NCBI GenBank assembly: GCA_001662655.1
Contig: KV460265.1
DNA: 64,000 bases
From: Pseudogymnoascus verrucosus
Lineage: Eukaryota
Direction: 5' to 3' (one strand)
Below the pieces are notes generated by a model that was not told the origin of the DNA, did no database searches, and saw nothing but the letters and a program-made list of their open reading frames with translations. The translations under genes were made by a program, and so were the position numbers. Each line of letters begins with the position of its first letter. Position 1 is the stretch's first letter. Below are positions 1 through 13,222 of the stretch, piece after piece.

Positions 1-252
1 TAATTACTCGAGTAGTACTCGCAACGAGTAGTACTCGGGCAACACTGATTAATAAGAATAGCTGCTGTATTTGTTTATTTTAAGCAGATTATAATCTAGA
101 ACGTTGTTGTCTTAAGAAATGAATTTATTAAATCATTCAGCCCAAGAATATTATTGTATATGACAGGCCACAAAATAATTATACAGATATAACATACAAT
201 AATGCACACACCTCGTATCATCCAGTCCATAAACCAGACAAACCAGGTAAAT

Positions 253-3052
253 TTACACGTCTCGTTCTCTCTGTCCCGAGACCCTCTCAAACTTTTCAAA
301 AGCCATGATAAATGTTCCTCGTCCACCTGTTAAACTCCTTAGGTGCTTCAAATATCCCACCATCTCCTTCAACGGCACCCTGGCCCTGATATGTCTCTGC
401 TGCCCAACATTTGCTCCAGATAGGTCGTTGCTTCCAAACTGTGCCGAGCCAGCGAATGGGTCTGGAGGTGCATAGATCCTAGATACGTCAACTTGCTTCT
501 GATCGTCTCCAGTTGCTTCAGTAGATTCTTCGTCACCAAGAGAGACAACGTGGCCGCCGCGGGCAGATGAGATGTCATGCACGATATTGCCCATGTTGCC
601 CTCATCGCATGAAATTACAACATCCATGACTGGCTCCATTAGGCTGATAGCATTGTTGTCAAAGGTCTCTTTCAGTGCGGTTTGCACAGCTTGGTGAGCA
701 GCTGAGCTCAAAGCAGCTGGGTGTGTATCTTTGCCAAATAGGTCACGCGACACCAAGAAAGTCAAGTTGGCGTGAGTAGAGGTCAAGGGAAAGCGCCTTC
801 GAGGACCGCGTGCTAATGCAGCAGAAGCCCCATTTATGAGCGCAGTGCGGAGTTCGGAAAGAGGGAGCTCTTGAGGAAGAGAATAGGCAGTGTGACGGTC
901 CTCAGGGTCGACCATCTCAACATTCACAGTGATGAAGTTACCATCCCTCTCAATAGTGTCTAGCGGGAAATCATCCGTCGAATCGACAGGTTCAACAAAG
1001 GCAGAACATCCAGCCATCCCTTTCTTGCCCGCAATCTCACGATCAATGAGTGCGTGGTGAGTGCTTGAAGAGGATTGGACGCATTCGCGATAGCCGATTT
1101 CAATCGCGCCCATAGTCGCCTTGGCCTTGAAGTCGTTGACGAGTCTGTCTCGGGCAATTTCAAGGTGCAGTTCGCCCATACCGCTGAGAAGCATTTGTCC
1201 GGATTCATCGTCGACACTGACATGCAGCGAAGGGTCCTCCCTCAGTAGTAGCGCAAGGATCTGCTCGACATTCTTCTCTTCGCTCAAGCTATGTGGTTCG
1301 ATAGCTGCGAAGAATACTGGGGGCGGCACATCTATAGGTCGTAGATGTAGGTTATCCAGCGGTGCAGGTGGGCCAGACTTGGCATTCGAGCCAGTGTAAG
1401 TAATCAGTGTATCGCCAGTGCGCGCATGTTTAAGACCAACAATAACACCGATTTGGCCTGCTGGAATCGATTGGATTTCTTTCGCGTCTGAGGCATACAT
1501 CTGAAGTAGTCTGCCAGCCCTCTCAGTGACATGGAGAGAGGTGTTCCACAAGGCCGAGTTTTTGTTCAGCGTTCCGGAATAGACACGTACATAGACCAAA
1601 ACGCCACGCTTAGGATCGTTGACTACTTTAAAAGCAAGTGCGCATGATTCAATGTTTCCTCCTATATTGGCTGATCCTGGTCCATGGAGGCGTTTGGGTT
1701 GCTTGGATGACTTTGAGTGCTGGATATGGAGTTTCCCCTCTAACAAATCCGGTAGTGTCCCTTTCAAAGCGCCAGCAGTGATTTCTGCCGGTGGTCGCTC
1801 ATTTGGATCGGGAAGTAAATCATCAACTGCGTCTAGAAGTGGTTGAACGCCGATATTGCGAAAGCTAGCACCAGCAAAAACAGGAATGAGCCGGCCAGAA
1901 CCATCAATGATGCACCGACGCAGACTATCTCTGATGGCTTGCGGCGCAATAGCCATTGGATCGTCGTCACACTCGAGCCATGTAGTGAGCAGATGTTCGT
2001 CAAACTCGCAAAGAACCTCAACTAGTGCCAGTCGTGCCTTTGCTAGCTCGGCCGCAAACTCCGGGTCCGTTTCTTTAAGGCTTTCTAGACTGCTCTTCTG
2101 AATAGCCTTTCCATCGCCTCCCTCAGGCCATTTCAAAGCGCAGAGATCGACGGCATCGCCAACTCCTTGGAATCTCCCGTTGCCCCCTTCCCACCAGGGG
2201 ATTTGGCAAACAGCAGGCCATCCTCGTAGCCGCGAGCCAATCTCTTTCACTGTTCGCCCGAAAGCAGCTCCATCACGGTCGAGCTTGTTGACGAAAGCGA
2301 TCCTTGGAATGCTGTAAAGGTTTGCCTGGGCCCACACCTTCTCGGTCTGAGCTTCTACGCCAGCAACGCCATCAAGAACGCATATAGCTCCGTCGAGGAT
2401 TCTTAGTGAACGTAGGACTTCGAACGTGAAGTCCGCGTGGCCAGGCGTGTCGATCAAGTTGATTGTATGTGAAACACGTGATTTTTGGACAGACTCGATA
2501 GAATCTTCCGGTGAGCCATGCTGAATCGGAGGCCAATGTAATGTTACTGCTGCAGATTGGATAGTAATCCCTCGAGCCCGCTCAGCGGGTAAAAAATCCG
2601 TGACCGTAGATCCATCGTCAACATCTATGAAGCGGTTAGTACATACTTTCTTCTCCATATTCTATAAAGAGAAGTATTTATTAAACGCTTCAGCATAATA
2701 TGGCGTAAATGGAAGAAGGTTGGGCGCGAATGAAGCTTGAAACTTTCGTCGAAAAGACTAACCTCCTATTCGACGAGTGACACCACTGTAATAGAGCATA
2801 CGCTCAGTTGTGGTTGTTTTCCCCTATTTATATTAGAACAGATAAGTAAATTTTGGATTTTATAAAACTTACGGCATCGATATGGGCAATAATGCCAATA
2901 TTTCGAGTTCTTTTGATTTCGGCATTGTGCCCTGAATTGCAATTACTAGAGCTGCTTGAAAAGACACGCAAACGGCAAACGCTTATGTGATTGGACCTCA
3001 GCAAAGAGGACCGCCATGGTACATGGGCCGCCCTTGAAAAATAAAGATGCAT
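253..3052 (-). CDS. MEF2: Mitochondrial elongation factor G2 / ribosome-releasing factor 2 (3 exons)
   Basis: Spliced translation gives a basic/Ser-rich presequence-like N-terminus, then [25 protein letters not shown] (G1), [17 protein letters not shown] (G3), NKLD (G4), [10 protein letters not shown] and a C-terminal LRSLTGGRG. Introns lie at about 2872-2824 and 2762-2626. Confidence 0.93.
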
Positions 3053-3401
3053 TACTTAATCTACATCGAAAAACGTCCAATGCCATGGAATTTATGAGCC
3101 TAAAACTGAGGGTTGTCATTACGTCGTCGCTTAGCCCGGCTCCCCGCGCTTACGAGTTCCACTGTCGCTACCTTGGTCGTTGAAGTAAGGCGACCATTCC
3201 CCTCAAAGCTCGGCGACCATTGGAACCATCACTCTGCTCAGCAAATATAGTTGGCGGTTCTGCCTTTAGGAATATCGTTGCGCACACGCTGACCGCGGTA
3301 TGTTACTTACCAATGACACTCACTTTATCCTACAATCGCTGACGACGTAAGCTCCAGGCCCCAGCCGCTCTTCCCGCTATTTCGGGGTAAACGCAACAAA
3401 T

Positions 3402-5294
3402 ATGGACTACTCATCTTCCTTACACGATGGGGATAACCCAGCTGAGGCATCGCCGTGGGGCTCGTCTCCAGCTCCATCGCCACAGCACAATAGGACTAGT
3501 TTCAACCCTACGCCAGAAGCGCCCGGTTCGCCTGTGTACGGCCAAAATCGAGAACATGGCGACAACTACACCAGTGACTCGGGTATTACCGAAGTGACTG
3601 GTATTTCGGATGAAGCTGAGAATGCTCATGCGTACAGCCAAGGACATGATACTACTGAGCCAAACGCGGAACATCCAGCACAACAACCTGGTGAACAGCA
3701 ACCGGCAGGCCACCCAGAACAGCAGCGGCAGGCTCATCCGGGCCAAGATGCACAGAGGCAGCAAGAAACTTCTCGGCCTGCTGTTAGACAAGGTCCTCAT
3801 TACAAATTGCAGGCAAAGATAACTGGCTTGGAACGAGTTGGCCGGAAAGATCCTATACTGCGATTTGACGTTCATGTACGTGTGCCGTTTGGCGATCTGT
3901 TCCAGGCGCCCTATGCTAACTACGACAGACCAATCTTCCGGCTTTCCGAACTACACAGTTTCGTGATGTGCGCCGCACCCACTCGGAATTTATCAAACTC
4001 GCAGACCATCTAATTTCCTCGAACCCCGAAGCAATCGTCCCAGCTGTGCCGCCGGCATTGACCTCCGCTGGTGCAGGCACTGATGAGGACGAGGCGCGCG
4101 TGAAGGCATCGTTACAACGTTGGCTTAATTATGTTTGCGGAAATGATGTATTAATGCGCGATGACGAGATGGTACTTTTCGTGGAGAGCGATTATGGATA
4201 CAGCCCCATGGTAAAGCGGAAACAACCTGCGACTGGTGTTAGGCGGAAGGTCATCAAGCAATTTGCTCCACCTCCCGACGATACCCCAGAACTGGAAGAT
4301 GCGCGTCCTGCTATCAAGCAGTTCTACTTGGGCACAATGGACGCCGGGCACAAGGTGGATAAACTTGTCAAGGCTCGCAAAGGTAAGTCATTATGTCTTA
4401 ATTTATAACATTTATTAACAGAGTGCAGGACTTGGATTGGCCGAATCTGACTTTGGGGTCAAGCTTGGAACTATGAGTATTCAGGAATTACACGGTGGAT
4501 TAGCAAATGCATACCGCAAGCTGGGGAAAACCATTCAAACAACGGGCGACTACCATGCTGCTCAAGGAACTGCCGAAGCTACCACAATCGGAGATCCTCT
4601 CGCGTACCATTCGGAAGACGCCTTTATCGTCAAGGAAACCCTTACCAACCGTCACATTCTGATGCGCGAGCTCCTACAAGCCGAGATCCTTTCCAAGGCC
4701 AAGGTTGACGCCGCCGACCGCCTGAAAGTCTCATCGTCAGTGAAGCGCGAAAAGGTGGACGAAGCTATTGCTGCCATGGATAAAGCTCGTTCCAATGAGC
4801 TTCACTTACGCTCGAAGACGCAGCGTGTGACTACGAATTTAGTTCAAGAGACTCGTCGCTGGTTTAACCGTACCACCATCGATATGCGCGTGTCTCTACG
4901 TGAGTATGTCCTTCGGGAGATCGAGGCAGAGCGCAGAACTCTTGCTACACTTGAGACTATTCGCCCCGATATACGCGCCATTGATGCATCTGGTGGACTC
5001 AGTAGGTTGGGGAGAGAATCACACCCAGCAGCACGACGCGCCAGTTTAGCTGCCAGCCAGGGACCGAAGGGTGACGCTTGGAGCGGAGTGCCAAGGAGAC
5101 CGGACGCCAGTCGCAATGTCTCTGGTACCATAGTACCTGGCGTCGATGAAGAAACAGCAGAGGCCAGCGCTGGGAGAGGTCGGGCATTGAGCGGTGACAG
5201 TTCAGGGGGCTTACCTGGAGTGAAGGAAGAGGAGGACGATGACCGTGTCGATGCTAGAAATGCGGCAAGCCGCTTGGCTACCAGCACTTTTTAG
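3402..5294 (+). CDS. VPS17: Retromer sorting nexin Vps17 (PX-BAR), 3 exons
   Basis: LQAKITGLERVGRKDPILRFDVH|TNLPAFRTTQFRDVRRTHSEFIKLADHLISSNPEA followed by a BAR-like helical region. Introns at about 3876-3929 and 4383-4428. Confidence 0.9.
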
Positions 5295-5898
5295 TTGCAA
5301 TAAATACCATCTCTGCTGCTTCAATGGCCTTGGCTTGTTTCTTTGTGTTGTACAGAGAGGAATGTTGTACATAGATCTTGTCCCCCAAATGATACATAAA
5401 TACATAAATACTCGTGCCGCTCAAAAGTGTAAAGAGGGACTGTGGATGGCAGTAGTAATTACAGCAACTGTAATTAAAATCAAGGCTTTCAGTTACTAGG
5501 GGCTGTTTACTGACATATTAGTTACTGAGAAATGTAGACAAAGAGAGAGAGACACTATTAGCTTAAGTTGGTAGCTGAGGGACTGCGCATCGCATCGCAT
5601 CGACCTCCAAGGAGAGCTTAAAAGCTACGTCATGCCACGTGACATGTAGATCGGTGTTGCGGCGTTGCGGCGTTGCGCTAGGCCAAATGCGAAATCACAA
5701 CCCGCGTCAGAGGCAAGCTGCCCAGTCGCGTGGCGCGAAATAAATTCCATACAACTGCAAGGCTAGGCTACCTTGCGAAACCAACAACACTGTTTCATCT
5801 ACATATTTCACAACTTTATTCTTCTGCGCAACCTTGTGTCCAAACACATACCACAACTTCACCGGAAGTCAACCAATGCTTCCAGCCAGTCACACATA

Positions 5899-7992
5899 AT
5901 GACGGATTGGAACAAATTGAAGGTGCCGGAGCTCAAGGCTGAACTCAAGTCAAGAGGACTGTCGCAACATGGATTGAAAGCTGCCCTTGTCGCCAGGCTG
6001 GATGAAGCAAACAATGAACCCAGTGCTGAAGGCGTTCAAGCTGAATCAAAGGAAGGCGACGGCAATGAAAGCATTCAGACAAATACTGTCGACAACAGTC
6101 CAGAGGCGGAGAAGGAGGCACCACATCCCGAAGCTGAGATCGACAGCGCACCGAAACCGTCGCATGAACCATCTACACAAGAGGATGTAAACAAAGATGC
6201 GCAAATCGAAGTGGATTCGAAACAAGGCGCTCCGGCGCAACCAGAAGCCACCCCCACCTCTCAAGAGGCGCCAACACAGGATAGCTCGTTGGCTGAACCA
6301 GCTGTTGCTGAGGCTCAAGCAACTCCAGATATCGAATCGCGCAAGAGGCGCTCATTATCTCCTCCTCCTGGCAGCTCAGAGACATCACGAAAGCGCCAGC
6401 GTAAAGACACAGAACTTCCCTTTACCGACGTGGATGGACGACACGATGACGTGACTACTACAGAAGGAGATGAACAATGGGTCGAGAAGCACAACAATGT
6501 CGATACTGCGGTAATCAATGCCGAATCGGAGGAGGTTGCAACAGCCGGGGGTGTGGAAGAGGGCCCTACAATTGTGGACGTTGGCAAGGAGGAGGTCGTG
6601 ATCGAGCACGCGGGAAAACACACGGAAGACACTCGTGGGAGGCACAGAGAGCGCAGCTACAAATCGCCTTCAGGCCCGGCCCATCGACGCTCGGAAGACC
6701 ACCAAGCAGGCAGAGACCATGATATGCCCGATGCAGAGCAAGAGCGCAGTGTTGCGCCATCCATTCACCCAGCCACCTCAGCTCTCTATATCCGCAACTT
6801 CCAGCGACCGTTAAACCGTACGCAACTCAAAGACTACATTGCCGAACTTGCCACTGCGCCAGGCCAGTCTCAGGACCCTGATGTCATACTTGACTTCTTC
6901 CTCGATTCGATCTGCACGCACGCATTTGTCTCATTTTCCAACACCTCAGCAGCTTCTCGTGTTCGCTCCGAACTGCACGATCGCATCTGGCCAGATGAGC
7001 GCACCCGTCAGCCACTTTGGGCAGATTTCATCCCGTATGAGAAGGTAGCCGAATGGATTGAGGCTGAAGTCACTTCCACCGCTGCGCGATCCGGCAAGAA
7101 ATGGGAAATCATGTACGGCGTAGACGATGACAGGAACGTCACAGCCACTCTCCAAGAAACCGGCGCCGTCCCAGCTCAGATCCGCAGGCAATCCTCGTCC
7201 GCAAACGCCAATGCGCCTCCTGCTTTTGGTCGCGCTGGCCCAGGTCCAGTCCCGGGTGCACCTTCTGGCCCCAAAGCAGACATGGGACGAAGAGACAATG
7301 GAGTACCCCTTGACGGCCCATCAGACCGGTACAACAGGGATGCTGACCGTGATTTCAACCCATACGATCGGCCCAACGCTGACATCCCACCTGTGGCTCC
7401 ATTTGATCCGGATGTGACCTACACCAAAGCCACTCCACCCGTCGCTTTTGTTCCCGTGACGAAGGCTCTTGCAGAGCGTAGATTGGATAATATCCACAGC
7501 CTGTACGCAAGAGACGCAGAGGACGATTTCCGGGCGAAGAGCGAGCAACACAGATACTCGTTCGAAGGCGACCTGCTAGTCGATAGAGGACCAGAAATCT
7601 TCCCAGGCGTCAGGCCTCCACCCGGCGTGAGAAGGAGGGGCCTGCCTAGAGGGTTACTCGGCAGAGGCGGCGGCGGTAGAGGTGGTGGTCCACGAGGTGG
7701 AAGGGATTTTGGTGGCCCGAGAGACTTCGGTCGTGGCGATAGGGGCTACAGGGGTGGTTACGGCGGCAGAGACGAGGGGTACGGGGGAGGATTCCGGAAT
7801 GATCGCCCACCGCGTCGCGGAGGAGACTCGTATGCCGGTGGATATGATCGCGGCGACAGATTCGACAGGCCGCAGTATGATCGCCCGAAGGATGATTTTG
7901 GCCGTGGCCCGAGAAACGGGGGAGGAGGATACGGGGGCCGAGAGGATCAGCATTGGCGTGGGGGTTCGGTGGGAATGGGTAGACGCTATTAG
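5899..7992 (+). CDS. SAP-domain protein, Acinus-like (SAP, RRM-like, RSB-like motif, RGG tail)
   Basis: N-terminal SAP motif WNKLKVPELKAELKSRGLSQHGLKAALVARL; RRM-like segment ALYIRNFQRPL...THAFVSF...LHDRIWP; YTKATPPVAFVPV; RGG-rich C-terminus. First in-frame ATG is at 5899. Confidence 0.8.
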   Translation: MTDWNKLKVPELKAELKSRGLSQHGLKAALVARLDEANNEPSAEGVQAESKEGDGNESIQTNTVDNSPEAEKEAPHPEAEIDSAPKPSHEPSTQEDVNKDAQIEVDSKQGAPAQPEATPTSQEAPTQDSSLAEPAVAEAQATPDIESRKRRSLSPPPGSSETSRKRQRKDTELPFTDVDGRHDDVTTTEGDEQWVEKHNNVDTAVINAESEEVATAGGVEEGPTIVDVGKEEVVIEHAGKHTEDTRGRHRERSYKSPSGPAHRRSEDHQAGRDHDMPDAEQERSVAPSIHPATSALYIRNFQRPLNRTQLKDYIAELATAPGQSQDPDVILDFFLDSICTHAFVSFSNTSAASRVRSELHDRIWPDERTRQPLWADFIPYEKVAEWIEAEVTSTAARSGKKWEIMYGVDDDRNVTATLQETGAVPAQIRRQSSSANANAPPAFGRAGPGPVPGAPSGPKADMGRRDNGVPLDGPSDRYNRDADRDFNPYDRPNADIPPVAPFDPDVTYTKATPPVAFVPVTKALAERRLDNIHSLYARDAEDDFRAKSEQHRYSFEGDLLVDRGPEIFPGVRPPPGVRRRGLPRGLLGRGGGGRGGGPRGGRDFGGPRDFGRGDRGYRGGYGGRDEGYGGGFRNDRPPRRGGDSYAGGYDRGDRFDRPQYDRPKDDFGRGPRNGGGGYGGREDQHWRGGSVGMGRRY

Positions 7993-8824
7993 GGGATTGG
8001 GTAAGTACGGGGTCGGGTGGGGGGATATTGGAGTTTCTCTGGCGTCCATGGTGGGTTGGTTGGTTGTTTGAGTATATAAGGGTGGGTGGAAATCTCGAGA
8101 TATGACATGCGATGATTTCTCCAAGGGCCCTGGTTTCGTGGCATGGAGAGCCAAATAATGCACAGTTACATACAGTCAGTAATGATGCAAATAAAAATGA
8201 CGTTAAACGTTAATCGCTTAGATCTTATATTCGGTGATACATGCTCATAGGTTGAACCTATCCCACACCAAATCTTCAAACCCAAAGATTTGATTTAAAA
8301 TGTCCGAGAGAGCTGCATACATATATGCAGCATTCTTACATCAAACCAGCAAGCAAGTAATATGCTGAGGCAAGCTGCCATCTACTCTCAGTCCAAAGGA
8401 TCTCATCTGCCAACGCTCCGTTAAGAACCATCTCCTATAGAGAGAAGGTCCCTGCAAACACTGAAGTCTGCATCGCTGGGTATATCCATCATTGCCATAT
8501 TTCAGGCACCCACACATGCCATGCCAAGTGGCGGCGACAAAAGAAAAGGTAAGATGATAGAGAAAAAAAAGTTGTCGAGTGAATTCACCAAATACTCAAC
8601 GCAGCACGTTTCAATGCCCAACAAATGGGGTTCATAAAGATCGTTGGTCAATTCTAGCTGGGAAAACAGCAGCCCTTGCCAGTAAACGCCTGTGCCCTCC
8701 TGTCGTCCGTCCATAACCCAGCGCTTCGCTTCGTTAGTGTAAGCAAAAAAATCATATCCGCCACCGCCCCGTCATAACCGTCCTACCCACCCACCCATAA
8801 CCCCGCCCCGTCCAGTCCACAAAC

Positions 8825-10492
8825 CTAATCGCTAATATGTTGAAACAGCGCCGAGATGCTCTCGCCGTAATGGTTCCTCCGGATGGCTTCGCTGAGAAGC
8901 CCGGCTAGCTCGAGCACGACGAGCTTCTTGCTTGCGCGCGCGCGCTCCTCGGGGATGGGGAACGAGTTCGTCACCAAGATTACGTCGATGCAGTCGCACT
9001 TCTCGAGCTCCTCGAGAGAGTCGCCGCCGAATAGACCGTGCGTCGCGATGATGTATACCTTCTTCGCCCCGCCACGCTTGACAACCGCTTCGGCTGCGGC
9101 GACCCAGCTTCCCCACTTATCGATCATGTCGTCCACAATGAATACTGAGCGACCCCTGACGTCTCCGACGAGGGTGATCATCTTCTCCAGATCGTGGTTG
9201 ACGGGATCGTCGCCCTCCTCGTCGCTGCTTTCCGCGGCGTCGTGCGAGCCACCGAGTGCGTAGGGTTCAGGGTTGAAAAAGCTCGAGACGCGCGAGATTT
9301 CGAGGGGGTCATCTTCCGGGCGGTCGAAAATCATGGAGTTCGACATGGCGGAGGTGGTGGGAGAGGGGTAGTCGTCCGGCACGATGTGACCGTGTACAAG
9401 ACGGCCATGGATAACTTCCCGGGCGCGCTCGTCGGTGTATTCGTCGTCTTCGGTGTGTGAGAAAGGGATGGGGGTGGTGACGGATCGAGTAAGAGGGGAG
9501 CGCGCAGCAGAGGTTGGTCCACTTAAGGGCACACGACTAGCTGATGTTATATTTGAGGCGCGAGTTGATGATGAGCTTTCGTGACGGGAGTGAGAAGGGG
9601 TGGGGTTGGAAGTTGGGCCAGATGTTGGCTCCGAGTCGAGTGTGACGGCGCTGAGAGGGATAGATAGGTCCGGTTCGCCGTCAACTTCGTCATTCCGGGT
9701 ATCATTGTCGTTAGGCGGTGGGTTTTGGTCAAGGGAGCTGAATATCATGCTTGAACTCATGTTACCGCCTCGCCTTCGGTCTGTGGTGACCATTCCGAAG
9801 TTCAACTTCAACGCATCCGCCAATGACGTGACCCTCTTTGTTCCGCCCGCGTTCTTCGATACGCATACTGCTTCCTTCCATCCCGGGACATTATGCCTTA
9901 TCCACCTTGCTATTAACGGCTCCGCGTGAAGATTGTCAACAGGGCATTTGAAGAAGCCCTGCATTTGAGATGCATGTAGATCGATCGTGATGATGTGGTT
10001 GACACCAGCAACATTGAGAAGATTGGCAAGCATGCGAGCAGTAATCGCGCCTCGGTGTGACTTCTTCTTAGATTGTCGGCTATATGGGAAGTATGGTAGG
10101 ACAGCTTCAAAGAGAATCAGTAAAAGCAATTTGCATGGCGTGGTACAGAATGGGAGACGGGGAGCAACGCACCAGTGATTTTGTTAGCAGAACCGCCTTT
10201 GCACGCCGAGATAAGAATCAAGAGCTCCATGATGCTATCATTGATCTTTGAACTGCCAGACTGGACGACGAAGACATCCTTCTCTCGAATGCTGGTGAGG
10301 ATCTTGACGCTCGTCTCGCCCTGGGGTAGAGAGTTAGCCCCACGTGCAGATACAGAGCTAGATAGCTGCATTGGTACGTACGTTCGCAAATTGCGACAGC
10401 TCGACACCGGCCGGTGCCATTCCTAGATTTGTGCATATCTGATTTGTGAGCTCAGGGACAGAGCTCCCTGCGAAAATGAGGGTTTTGCGCAT
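8825..10492 (-). CDS. PRS1: Ribose-phosphate pyrophosphokinase, Prs1 type with a long internal non-homologous insertion (3 exons)
   Basis: MRKTLIFAGSS...FAN|GETSV...MELLILISACKGGSA, HRGAITARMLANLL, DLHASQMQGFF, a Ser/Pro-rich insert, then ITLVGDVRG...DDMID and HYGESISALF. This matches the yeast Prs1 layout. Confidence 0.93.
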
Positions 10493-10744
10493 CTTCGGTG
10501 GTTGTTGAAGGATAAACGAGGGATGGGGGAGCTCAAAATAATATTTTAGCTAGCGGGAACAAAAGAAAAGAGAGTTCCGCTTCCCCACTCATGTCAACGC
10601 CGATACATCCCGCTCACAGCCACCACAACAAAATCCCAGGATGGCCATGAACAGATAATCACATTAATATCCGCCATGGTCTCTCTGTAGATAAGAACTG
10701 ATGGTTCATATAATTAATTGTCAGCTGCCATTTATTTATTAAAG

Positions 10745-12643
10745 ATGGGGATTCCTCACTTGATCACCCATCTACGTCCCTACTCAGAAAACACAAATTT
10801 CAACGGCCAAAATGTAATAATTGATGGCCCTGGGTTCGCATATCACATATTCCACACCTGTTTAGCAGAAGAGCCGGAAGCTCGCAATCCGTTTGAAGCG
10901 TTTCCGTCGTACAAGAAGATTGGCGATGCAGCTATCCGCTGGCTAGAAGAGCTAGAAGGCTTTGGCGTTGAAGTGTACAGACCACCATCCCCAGCTAAGA
11001 AAGAGAAGAAAGAAAGCTGATTCCCATGCAGGAAGAAAATATACTTTGATGGATTTTTGCCTGCCTCCAAAAAAAAGACGAGATCATCGCGGCTCATGAA
11101 TTACACAAAGCAGCTGGCTTTGTATCACGAGGCATGGCCGCAGGTGATTCCAAGCGGGAGCGGTCAACAGAAGCCGAAAGGCAGAAGATCAAGTATGTTT
11201 GATCATAAATCGTCTGCAGCTGTCGCTGGACATGTTCCTGCTATTCCATTTCTTGTCCCGGCCATTCTTGAGAAGCTTCTGGCTTCGGAGCGCTTCCAGA
11301 GCATCACCTCTGTCTCTCCAGGGGAGGCGGATTTGTACTGCGCAAGGTACGTGAAAGAGCATGGTGGGACTGTGCTCACAGGAGACTCGGATCTCCTGGT
11401 CCATGATCTTGGGGCCCTGGGTTCCGTATCATTCTTCAAAGACCTTGAAGTTTCCGAACAGTGCAACATCAAGACGATTAGGTGCTGCCAGTATACACCG
11501 GCTTTAATTGTGGAAAGGCTTGACTTAAACCGGTCATATGGCCTAAAATCTTTTGCTTTTGAGATGGTTATGGACCCACATGCAAGTTTACCAAAGCTGA
11601 AGCAGAAATCGAAGGACATTAAAGCGGTGACGGGTTATCCAGGCATGTACACAGACTTCGTAAAGGAGTATGAGGCCTTGCCCAAGGAAGTCCATACAAC
11701 AGAATGCACAGAAAGCAGTGCTCCAAAATCGCTTCAAGCCGTTCTCAGTACACTCGATCCCAGGATATCAGAATATGTTCTTCAATTTCCTCGGGCTGCT
11801 GAGGCAGCTGAGCGTCCTTTTCCTGCTTCAGTTCAGCCAGCTGAAAATGGGAACAGTGTGGATATGTTTCTCCCATTTTTGCTGGATTGTCCTTCCAAAA
11901 CGAGCGCTTGGGAGATGAGCACAGCTGTTCGGCAATTAGCTTATGGTGTCATGAATTTAACAGAGCCAAAGGAGAACCATGTCGTGGCCGTCGTGGAACA
12001 TCGACGTCAACAAAAGGGTTCTCGAGGTAGGGAGTGGCAGCTTCCCACTTATGATGAGATAGACGAAGCATCCGCCGGATTGGTTGAGCTAGCGGAAAGT
12101 ATTGGTAAGAAAATGCCTGGTCTCTCGGACTTTGGTCTGTGGAGGGCCATTGGCCTTCATCAAGATTTGGTTTTCTCTTCTTCGGCTGGGAAACAGTCGC
12201 TGGGGAGCTTGATAATTGAGTCGGGAGGGCCAAAAAGATTGTCGTGGGATACAATACACTTTTCCGCTCAACTTCAAGGCTCTTTCTACTCGTTTCGAAT
12301 GCTCAAACAAATATTGGAGGCTGCTCTGGTCTCGCAATATGAAGAGAACCTATCTGCAGCTTCGAAGCGTCTATCTGAATTGCTCAAGTCATTGCCAGAA
12401 TTGCAAGCATTTCCAGACGTCCACGCAGACCTGGAATCCTTCAAATCCTCTGCGGATTGCAAGGCTCTTTCAGCTGTCAAAGCGCTGCTGAACATAAGAG
12501 GGCAGGATACAATGGACAATGGCAATGCCAAGTCTACAAAAAAAGACAAGAAGAACAAACGGAAGCGGGCGCAGGAGTCAAGTGCGTCGGTGGAGGTCAC
12601 AAAACGGCCAAATAATATGTTCGACTTGCTAGGCTCGACATGA
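10745..12643 (+). CDS. Asteroid-like PIN/XPG-family nuclease-domain protein (2 exons)
   Basis: MGIPHL start, VIIDGPGFAYH, KIYFDGFLPASK, GEADLYCA and VLTGDSDLLV are FEN1/XPG-like acidic motifs. Intron at about 10976-11030; basic C-terminal NLS-like stretch. Confidence 0.8.
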
Positions 12644-12803
12644 ATAACGAGCACCACGTAGAAAATATCAGCCACTTATACATCTCGTGCCAGCTAACGC
12701 TAAGTTTCTATAAAAAGTAAACAAAGAGGCCGTAGGTATACATTACGGGCAGAACACAAAGCACATGAACTCTTCCAAAAACAGAAAACACAAAATCCTG
12801 TTG

Positions 12804-13082
12804 GATACGCTTCATCAAATACCCTGTGCTAGACACTCATCACCAAATACACTTCTCTAGGTTCTCTTGCCGGATATCCCTTTCCAGATTCCCGTCACTA
12901 CATCCTATTCGCCGCATTCTATTCATCACATCCTATTCATCACATCCTCTTCGCCACAACTTGTCCAGAATATCCTGTTCACCAGACCGTCTTCACCAGA
13001 TCGCCTTCACCAGACCGCCTTCACCAGATTACCTCCAGCAAATCACCTTCCACGAGATCCCTTGACCAGATCGCCTCTACCA
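12804..13082. repeat. Degenerate 14-bp minisatellite, about 20 units
   Basis: TTCACCAGA recurs at 12978, 12992, 13006 and 13020. Flanking sequence parses into 13-15 bp units such as CATCCTATTCATCA, GACCGTCTTCACCA and GATCGCCTCTACCA. Confidence 0.8.
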
Positions 13083-13222
13083 TCGCAAAGCTGACGCTGC
13101 TCCATATTTCTCTTAGCTACAATCAGTAAGCATATTCCATCCGTACATAGACTGACTAACTAACCTCTTAAGCAAACAACACCTACTCGCTCTTTTCCTC
13201 TCGAGAGAAGTTCTACCCAGCG

